A stretch of DNA of 36,351 nt. It comes from Candidatus Latescibacterota bacterium (GTDB taxonomy: Bacteria > Bacteroidota > Bacteroidia > Flavobacteriales > Flavobacteriaceae). The translations under genes and the position numbers were made by a program. Under the pieces are notes generated by a model. The model saw only the letters and a list, made by a program, of their open reading frames with translations, had not been told where the DNA came from and searched no databases. The stretch spans positions 1 to 36,351 of the forward strand of contig JBLHGH010000001.1 of assembly GCA_047615425.1 (NCBI GenBank), given 5' to 3'. Shown here piece by piece: positions 9,530 through 17,600 of the stretch; the stretch's first letter is position 1; every line of letters begins with the position of its first letter.

Positions 9530-11083
9530 CTACAAATCAAACTTAATTCCCTGCGCAAGTGGAAGTTCATCAGAGTAATTTACAGTGTTCGTTTGTCTTC
9601 TCATATACACTTTCCAAGCATCTGAACCACTTTCGCGTCCTCCGCCTGTTTCTTTCTCACCACCAAAAGCACCACCAATTTCAGCGCCACTTGTTCCAAT
9701 ATTTACATTTGCAATACCACAATCTGAACCTGCAAATGATAAGAATTTTTCTGCTTCTTTCATTTCGTTTGTCATGATTGCAGAAGAAAGTCCTTGCGCT
9801 ACTCCGTTTTGCATCCCTATGGCATTTTCAACCTCACCTGTGTACTTCATTAAATATAGTATAGGAGCAAAAGTCTCATGCTGTACGATTTCATAACTAT
9901 TCTTAGCTTCAATAATTGCTGGTTTTACATAGCAACCGCTTTCATATCCCGCCCCTTCTAAAACACCCCCTTCAACAAGTACGTTTCCACCTTCAGATTT
10001 TGCTTTTTCAATAGCAGCTAAGTATGTGTTTACGGCGTCTGTGTCAATTAATGGCCCTACATGGTTGTTCTCATCCAATGGGTTTCCAATAACAATTTGC
10101 TTGTAAGCACCTACAATGGCGTCTCTTACTTTATTATAAACCCTTTCGTGAATAATCAATCTTCTTGTTGAGGTACAACGTTGACCAGCTGTTCCAACGG
10201 CTCCAAAAACGGCTCCTGGAACTACTACTTTTAAATCTGCTGTTGGGGTGATAATGATGGCATTATTTCCCCCTAACTCTAACAATGATTTTCCGAAACG
10301 CTCTGCAACCGTAGCGCCTACAATACGACCCATTCTAGTAGAACCTGTAGCCGAAACTAATGGAATTCTAGTATCTTTAGTCATCCACTCTCCCACTTTA
10401 TAATCACCATTGATAATAGAAGAAATTCCTTCTGGAAGGTTGTTTTCTTTTAATACATCAGCAATAATGTTTTGACAAGCCACTGAACACATAGGTGCTT
10501 TTTCACTTCCTTTCCAAACACATACGTCACCACAAACCCAAGCTAAAGCTGTATTCCAAGCCCAAACAGCTACAGGGAAGTTAAATGCTGAAATAATACC
10601 GACAATACCAATAGAATGCCATTGCTCACGCATAACGTGCATTGGACGTTCAGACGGAATTGTCTGTCCGTTTAATTGTCTTGAAAGTCCTACTGCGAAA
10701 TCACAGATATCAATCATTTCTTGTACTTCACCATATCCTTCTTGCAATGATTTCCCCATTTCATAAGAGACAAGTTTTCCAAGAGGTTCTTTTAACTCAC
10801 GTAATTTGTTCCCAAACTGACGTACAATCTCTCCACGTTGTGGCGCTGGCATCGCTCTAAACGATAAAAATGCTTCTTGAGCTGTTGCGATTACTTTTTC
10901 GTATTCGTCTTTGGTTGTAGTAGTTACTTTACCAATCAAGGCTCCGTCTACTGGAGAATATGACGCGATTTCGCTGCTACCAGGATACCAGGTGTTTCCT
11001 GTTGATGTTCCTTGATTTACGGCTTTAAGGCCTAATTGTTTCAATGCTTCGTCCATACCGAAGTCCTTTGCTACTGTTGACAT
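9530..11083 (-). CDS. amaB: ALDH7 family aldehyde dehydrogenase (piperideine-6-carboxylate/aminoadipate-semialdehyde dehydrogenase-like)
   Basis: ISAFNFPVAV, LELGGNN, GQRCT, ETFAP, GGRESGSDAWK; second Met (11083) preferred. Confidence 0.85.
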   Translation of the reverse strand: MSTVAKDFGMDEALKQLGLKAVNQGTSTGNTWYPGSSEIASYSPVDGALIGKVTTTTKDEYEKVIATAQEAFLSFRAMPAPQRGEIVRQFGNKLRELKEPLGKLVSYEMGKSLQEGYGEVQEMIDICDFAVGLSRQLNGQTIPSERPMHVMREQWHSIGIVGIISAFNFPVAVWAWNTALAWVCGDVCVWKGSEKAPMCSVACQNIIADVLKENNLPEGISSIINGDYKVGEWMTKDTRIPLVSATGSTRMGRIVGATVAERFGKSLLELGGNNAIIITPTADLKVVVPGAVFGAVGTAGQRCTSTRRLIIHERVYNKVRDAIVGAYKQIVIGNPLDENNHVGPLIDTDAVNTYLAAIEKAKSEGGNVLVEGGVLEGAGYESGCYVKPAIIEAKNSYEIVQHETFAPILYLMKYTGEVENAIGMQNGVAQGLSSAIMTNEMKEAEKFLSFAGSDCGIANVNIGTSGAEIGGAFGGEKETGGGRESGSDAWKVYMRRQTNTVNYSDELPLAQGIKFDL

Positions 11084-11149
11084 ATGCAATACGTATTAAT
11101 ACTTTTTTTTAATATTTCTGAAAGGGCTTATGGCCCTATTTTTCCCATG

Positions 11150-11157
11150 CAAAGGTA
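11150..11157 (-). promoter_or_regulatory. Bacteroidota -7 promoter element for the aldehyde dehydrogenase
   Basis: TACCTTTG on the minus strand is an exact TAnnTTTG match about 65 nt upstream of the start. Confidence 0.65.
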
Positions 11158-11272
11158 CGTAATAGGATGTAGATTTTGAAATGAATGTCAAATCAGTTTT
11201 AGACTAAAATATGAACGCTATAGTCTACAATCAAAAATATATGAAGTTATTTTAGTGTTGCAATGGTTGAAG

Positions 11273-11809
11273 CTATTCCGCAGTAAAACGTTTATCCGTT
11301 TCCATAACGGTCCCACAAGAATTACACGTACGTAATTCTTCGTTGTTGTAGAAATCTTTAAAGTGTTTTAGGAAATCCTTTTCAATATCATTCAATGGAA
11401 AATAAACTTCGTGCAATTTATTATTGCAGTTATCACAAAACCAGAGTAGACCATCTTTTCCATCTAAATCATCTCGTTTGCGTTCAATAACCAATCCTAT
11501 CGAGTTATCACCCCGCACCGGAGAGTGTGGTACTTTTCCGGGGTGTAAGTACATATCCCCAGGGCCAAGTTTCATAACTCTGCGCTCACCTGCATCTTGA
11601 ATAACAACCTCAATATTCCCTTCTAATTGATAGAATAATTCTTCAGTTTCATTATAATGGTAGTCTTTTCTGGCATTCGGACCAGCAACTATCATTACAA
11701 TATAATCTCCAGCGTCCTTATATAGGTTCATATTCCCAACAGGAGGTTTTAGTAGATCTCTATTTTCTTCTACCCACTTCGTAAGGTTGAAAGGTTCTTT
11801 AATAGCCAT
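11273..11809 (-). CDS. nbaC: 3-hydroxyanthranilate 3,4-dioxygenase
   Basis: LKPPVGN, GPNARKDYH..EELFYQ, PHSP, two CxxC motifs (CDNC, CNSC). Confidence 0.93.
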   Translation of the reverse strand: MAIKEPFNLTKWVEENRDLLKPPVGNMNLYKDAGDYIVMIVAGPNARKDYHYNETEELFYQLEGNIEVVIQDAGERRVMKLGPGDMYLHPGKVPHSPVRGDNSIGLVIERKRDDLDGKDGLLWFCDNCNNKLHEVYFPLNDIEKDFLKHFKDFYNNEELRTCNSCGTVMETDKRFTAE

Positions 11810-11848
11810 TGCCGTATTTTTATCGTGTGTATGTAAAAATACGGCAAT
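11808..11848. repeat. Perfect 15-bp inverted repeat over the nbaC initiation region
   Basis: ATTGCCGTATTTTTA-N11-TAAAAATACGGCAAT. Confidence 0.9.
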
Positions 11849-11878
11849 TGCTCGAATTTAAAAAGGTATTGTAGTTTT

Positions 11879-12388
11879 TTACTCCTTATAGAAAATCTGG
11901 GTAAAGTAGTATCTATTCTCTTCAGATTGAAAGATGCCAAACCCTGTATGCGTATAATAATCTTCTTCAATAGTTTGTCTGTGACCAGGACTATTTAACC
12001 AAGCACTCACAACGCCTTCTGCAGTAGTATAACCATAGGCTACATTTTCACCAACCGCCTTAGCTCCCCTGCTTTCTAAACCAGCTTGTCGTTCGCTAAA
12101 ATTGTCGTGATTTACCTGTTTGGTATCAATCATATAATCTGTATGACCCACAGCGTATGCAGAAGCATATGTTTCGTCTAATAGTATTTCATCAACACCA
12201 ATAGAAGTTCTATGGTCATTAATAAGGATCAGAATTTCATTAGCCATATCCCAATCTGTCTTTTTAGTAAGATCTAAGTCGATGGTGTAATTTACTTCAG
12301 AATCAGAATTGACATCAGAATCTTTAGAGCATGACGCTACGGTAAAAAGTACAACAATAGCAAGTAGGCAAGTTTTAATAAGTTTCAT
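11879..12388 (-). CDS. CAP/SCP domain lipoprotein
   Basis: Lipobox ASC, LINDHR, HTDYM, GENVAYG, WLNSPGHR; ATG at 12388 preferred. Confidence 0.88.
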   Translation of the reverse strand: MKLIKTCLLAIVVLFTVASCSKDSDVNSDSEVNYTIDLDLTKKTDWDMANEILILINDHRTSIGVDEILLDETYASAYAVGHTDYMIDTKQVNHDNFSERQAGLESRGAKAVGENVAYGYTTAEGVVSAWLNSPGHRQTIEEDYYTHTGFGIFQSEENRYYFTQIFYKE

Positions 12389-12426
12389 AGTTCGGGGGGC
12401 ATCAGATTTGGGGTATGATGCCAAGA

Positions 12427-12434
12427 CAAATATA
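12427..12434 (-). promoter_or_regulatory. Bacteroidota -7 promoter element for the CAP gene
   Basis: TATATTTG on the minus strand, 38 nt upstream of the ATG. Confidence 0.65.
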
Positions 12435-12588
12435 TATAATAATTTCTCACAATGTGCATTTCAACCGAAAATAAATACATTTCATCGACATATTGAGTGT
12501 TTTTTGAGTAAATTTCCTACAATTTATTCCTACATAAATGCCTGCAAACAGTGGATTTTCCATTATATTCGTATAAACTTACAGACAC

Positions 12589-13665
12589 ATGAAAAAAAAT
12601 CAAAGAATTGTGCTTTTAATCGTTTTTTTTGCGCTCTTTAGCTGTAAAAATGACCGAAAAAGTGATTCAGAGACCGAAAAAGTGATAGCAGAAGTGCAAA
12701 AAAGTGAATCAAATTTTGGAATTGTAATTCATGGAGGCGCAGGAACTATTCTGAAAAAGAACATGTCAGATTCTTTGGAAATTGCATATTCAGAAAAGTT
12801 AGAAGAAGCTATTCGGGTAGGGCATGAAATTCTGGCGAAAGGTGGAACCGCTATGGATGCCGTTACCAAAACAATAAACGTCATGGAAGACTCTCCGCTA
12901 TTTAATGCTGGTAAAGGCGCCGTGTTCAGCCATGAGGAAACCAATGAATTAGATGCCTCTGTTATGGATGGCGCTACATTAAATGCTGGTGCTGTGGCCG
13001 GCGTACAACGAATAAAGAACCCTATTGACCTAGCAAGAGAAGTTATGGACAACTCAGATCATGTCATGTTAAGTGGAAAAGGTGCAGAAACCTTCGCTGA
13101 AGAAAAGGGTTTTACGCTTGTAGACCCCGCATACTTTTACACAGAAAAACGTTTTCAATCATTACAGCGCATTAAAGCTAAAGAGCGAGCAGAACTTGAA
13201 CACGACCCAAAAGTATCTTTTACAGATCCGTTTATCAAGGATGCCAAGTTTGGCACCGTAGGTTGCGCGGCGCTCGACAAAAATGGAAATCTAGCTGCTG
13301 GAACCTCAACCGGAGGCATGACAAATAAACGATGGAATAGAATTGGAGATGCGCCCATTATTGGCGCAGGCACCTATGCTAATAATGCTACATGCGCCGT
13401 TTCTTCAACAGGTTGGGGAGAATACTTTATAAGAGCTATGGTTGCTTATGATATTTCGGCACTTATGGAATATAAAGGGCTAAGTCTTCAAGAAGCTGCT
13501 GAGGAAGTTATTCAGAAGAAAGTACCTGCCTTAGGTGGTGATGGGGGAATAATCTCCATTGATAAAGACGGTAACGTAGCCATGGAATTTAACACTGCCG
13601 GAATGTACCGCGCTCATATGAACGCTGCTGGAGAGTTAATTATTGGAATCTATAAAACTGATTAA
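12589..13665 (+). CDS. iaaA: Isoaspartyl peptidase/L-asparaginase (Ntn hydrolase), lipoprotein
   Basis: Lipobox FSC, IHGGAG, FNAGKG, nucleophile GTVG, TSTGG, RIGDAP, TGWGE. Confidence 0.88.
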   Translation: MKKNQRIVLLIVFFALFSCKNDRKSDSETEKVIAEVQKSESNFGIVIHGGAGTILKKNMSDSLEIAYSEKLEEAIRVGHEILAKGGTAMDAVTKTINVMEDSPLFNAGKGAVFSHEETNELDASVMDGATLNAGAVAGVQRIKNPIDLAREVMDNSDHVMLSGKGAETFAEEKGFTLVDPAYFYTEKRFQSLQRIKAKERAELEHDPKVSFTDPFIKDAKFGTVGCAALDKNGNLAAGTSTGGMTNKRWNRIGDAPIIGAGTYANNATCAVSSTGWGEYFIRAMVAYDISALMEYKGLSLQEAAEEVIQKKVPALGGDGGIISIDKDGNVAMEFNTAGMYRAHMNAAGELIIGIYKTD

Positions 13666-13667
13666 TT

Positions 13668-13850
13668 GTGAAAAAAGAAAAAAAAACAAATCCATTTTTT
13701 GTTTTGCTCATAGGGTGCTTGTTTGTCATTATGAGCCTAGTTTCTAATGAATCTAATTTTATCTCACCTAAAGTAAAACTCATTCTTGGCCTTGCAACTA
13801 TTGGATACGCCCTTTACTTATTATATCAACGCAAGCAAAATGAGCAATAA
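13668..13850 (+). CDS. Small two-TM hypothetical protein
   Basis: GTG start 2 nt after the iaaA stop, two hydrophobic segments, overlaps the next start. Confidence 0.55.
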   Translation: MKKEKKTNPFFVLLIGCLFVIMSLVSNESNFISPKVKLILGLATIGYALYLLYQRKQNEQ

Positions 13851-14142
13851 TTACTACGCAGTCATTTTTACAACCAAACAATCCACAAATCTAGAAGGCT
13901 ATTCCGAAATGGCCGAAGCAATGGAAGCACTAGCGGCAAAGCAACCTGGGTATATTGGTGTTGAAAGCGCTAGTGGTGAACTCGGCATCACTGTAAGCTA
14001 TTGGGAAACTCTCGAGGCTATTTCGCAATGGAAAGAAAACATAGCGCACTTACGAGCACAAAAAAAAGGGAAGGCTCAATGGTATACTTGGTATAAGCTT
14101 CGGATTTGTAAAGTGGAGCGTGAATACGAGTTTATGAAATAA
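13840..14142 (+). CDS. Antibiotic biosynthesis monooxygenase (ABM) domain protein
   Basis: YYAVIF, QPGYIGVES, ITVSYW, HLRAQ..G..WY; ATG at 13840. Confidence 0.85.
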   Translation: MSNNYYAVIFTTKQSTNLEGYSEMAEAMEALAAKQPGYIGVESASGELGITVSYWETLEAISQWKENIAHLRAQKKGKAQWYTWYKLRICKVEREYEFMK

Positions 14143-14263
14143 GTACATCTGCGTAACCTTTTCCACAATGTGCAATCTAACTTCAAATAAGGTTTTTAAA
14201 AAACCCAATTAATCAAAAAAGACATACGGCAAAATTACATCTTAGTTTATTAAAATTTAAAAG

Positions 14264-14419
14264 ATGAAAACTACCTCGCTGCTACCAGCCATTTGCATAA
14301 GTGCAATGCTACTAACAGGGCTATTTTACCAACAAGGAATAGGTCTTAACTTACTTATATTTGACACACTATTTATCATTTGCCAAATACGAATTGATAA
14401 ACTTGCAGTTGGCTGTTAA
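14264..14419 (+). pseudogene. Short hydrophobic ORF, possible 5' remnant of a DUF4153/DUF4173-type membrane protein
   Basis: 51 aa MKTTSLLPAICISAMLLTGLFYQQGIGLNLLIFDTLFIICQ...; A-rich leader; LFYxQxxGLNL recalls that family's N-terminus (from memory). Confidence 0.4.
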
Positions 14420-14626
14420 ACTCTTGCTAAATATCCCATTGCCCTATACGATTATTAAATAAGTCAGCGTTTCAACAAAACAACCCTTAACAAGTTGGTT
14501 ATTTATCTGTTTGGATACTTTCGCTTACGCTGAATTGTCTCAACAGTCGCGGCGTCTCCTGATTAGATACGCGGTGTACTTTCGTATTCCTTTTTGTACA
14601 TTTAACCATCTTTTATACCATCTTTT

Positions 14627-17600
14627 ATGAAACAGCTATTTCGCTTACTCACGCTAGCCTTATTTCTAGTTATTTCTGGTTGCGGCAACAAAAATGACTC
14701 TTCAGAAACAGACAATCTATTTGTATACAAAGCATACGTTTCTTACGCAACTTATGGCAACCAATCTGTGGCAAGTCCCATTAGAATAGATCTGGCAAAC
14801 CTATTAACTCAGTACGAAATCAATCAAGTGCTTCCGTCAGGAATACTAAAAACTTCTCCAAAAACTGAAGGGACGTTGCGTCTTGAAAATGGACGAAGTT
14901 TAATTTTTGTGCCTTCTGAAGATCTTCGGCCAGACACAGAATATAGTGTTACTGTAAAGCTATCTGAACTTTATGAAGACATAGAGAAAGCGTTCAAAAA
15001 TTACACCTTTAATTTTAAAACAATCAAGCCTAATTTTAAAGTCGACCTGGGCAACTTACAATCCTATAGCAAACAATGGCAATATGTAACGGGAACAATT
15101 GAGGCGAGCGATGTTATTGATATTGAAAAAGCAAAACAGCTTATTTCCGTAAAGCAAAACGAAAACAAACTCAAGATTCAATGGGAACAAGAAATCGGTA
15201 AATCGAGTTACTATAGTTTCACAATTGATAGCATACAACGCTATGTTGAAGATTCGGAAATTACGATGAAATGGAATGGCAAAGCTATTCAGACCACAGA
15301 GAATAAAGGCAAGAACACCTTCGCTATTCCAGGGCAAAACAATTTTACGGTAGTAGATTTACAAAGCACCTTGGCCCCTCATGCATCTTTGAGTGTCAAC
15401 TTTTCAGATCCCCTTCAAGAGAACCAAAATTTTGCTGGCCTAGTGCACGTTGAAAATGCCGAGAACCTCCGCTTCGAAGTAACTGGAAATGTACTTAACG
15501 TATACCCAGCGAACAGAATTGTTGGCACAGCTCGAGTAACCTTGTTCAACGGAATTAAAAATAGTGATGGCTTCAGTCTTAAAAACGAATTCAGCGAGCT
15601 AGTCTCTTTTGAACAACTCAAGCCTTCCGTTCGCATCTTGTCCAAAGGCGTAATTCTTCCTAACGCTGCGTCAACGCCTCTGTATTTTGAAGCTGTTAAC
15701 CTCAGCGCTGTGGATGTCCGTATCATCAAAGTATATGAGCCAAATATGCTCCAATATCTGCAAAATGGTGATTTAGACGATACGAGTGTTTACAATATAA
15801 AACGCGTAGGTAGACGCATCGCGAAAAAGACCATTCAGCTTTCAGATAATATGGCAAACAATGGGTTATGGAAAGCACATGCAATAAACCTGTCTGATAT
15901 TTTTGCGGCAGATCCAGGAGCGTTGTATCGCATAGAAATTAGCTTCAAAAAAAGCTATTCGTCTTACGACTGTGAGATTGCATCTGAAGAAACAACCAAC
16001 ACCGAGGAAGACTATTACGAAGACGAATACTATGAGGAAGATTATTATGATGAAGATGTTGCAGACGTTTCAGGAGGAGAAGAGGAACGCGAAGAGCGCT
16101 ATTGGGATAACGAATTGTACAACTGGCGCCAGAACTCTTACAATTGGAGAGAACGTGAAAATCCTTGCCACGATGCTTATTATCACGAAAATCAAGTGGC
16201 AAGAACCAATGTGTTGGGAAGTGACCTAGGGATAATCGTTAAAAAAGGGAGTAACCAAAGCTACCATTTTGCCGTTTCTAATCTCTTGACGACCCAACCA
16301 GAGGCAGGCACTAAAATTGACTTATTTAACTACCAACAACAACGTATTGAAACGGTTACAACAGATAGTGAGGGACTCGCCATTTACGATAGCGAACGCA
16401 CCGTTTCATTTGCGGTAGCCCGAAAAGACAATAACTATGCCTATGCGAAACTTGCCGATGGAAATGCATTATCCCTCAGTAAGTTTGATGTTTCTGGGAA
16501 GGAACTTCAGAAGGGATTGAAAGGGTTTTTATATACCGAAAGAGGTGTTCATCGGCCTGGAGATAGCATCCACTTAACCTTTGTTTTAAACGATGCCGCA
16601 AATAAACTTCCAAAGAACCACCCAGTGAAATTAGAGGTAATGGACGCTAAAGGGAAATTAGTCCAGCGTACTGTAACTGCCAACAGTGTAAAAGGGTTCT
16701 ATTATTTTCCAATTGCCACAGATGCAGCGGCACCAACAGGAAATTGGAGCGCAAACATTTCCGTTGGAGGAGTTAGCTTTTCTAAATCACTTAAAGTTGC
16801 TACCATAAAACCCAACCGACTTAAAATTAAACTAGATTTTGACGATGCCATTTTAGATGCCAGTAAGCCTATAACCGGATCTGCTTCTGCGCTTTGGCTT
16901 CATGGTGCACCTGCACGCGATATGCGTATTGAAATGGACGCAACTTTGAGTTCTACAGCAACTGCATTTGATAAATTTAAAAACTATAAATTTCAAGACC
17001 CCGTACGTCAATTCAATGAAGTTGAACTAAACATCATGGATAAGACGCTCTCTTCGGAAGGGACTACCGCCTTTAGTGAGAAATTTGATTTAAGCGAAAA
17101 AGCCCCTGGAATGCTAAAAGCAACTTTCCTTACCAAGGTTTACGAGGGTGGTGGTGATTTCTCTATTGACGTATTCTCGAAAAATCTAGCACCATTCTCA
17201 CACTTTGCTGGCTTGCAGTCCCCTGAACCACATAAATATGGATCATACTTCACAGACGAGAATACATCGTTTGGTCTTGTTTCGGTAGATGCTCGAGGTA
17301 ACGCGAGTGGCAATAGAGAGCTTTTGGTAAAAGTGTTTAAAATTGAATGGCGTTGGTGGTGGAATCGTGGCCGAGATAATTTGTCTCGATATGAAGATGC
17401 GACCTACCACAGGCCTATAAAAGAAATGGATGTGACTACCGGATCTAATGGAAAAGCCAACTTTTCTATCAATATCCCAGATGAAGAAGGTGGAAGATAT
17501 CTCATTCGAGTTATTGATAAAAATTCTGGACACGCCACGGGCCGTATCACATATTTCTATAGAAATTGGTGGAAACGCCCAGTTGATGGAGATGCAGAAA

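Noticed and set aside
14546-14580. GC-rich patch upstream of A2M as a riboswitch
   Set aside because: Only weak imperfect pairing and no recognisable aptamer motif
16004-16057. Repeat as CRISPR or mobile-element signature
   Set aside because: It is an in-frame degenerate coding repeat with no spacers or cas genes
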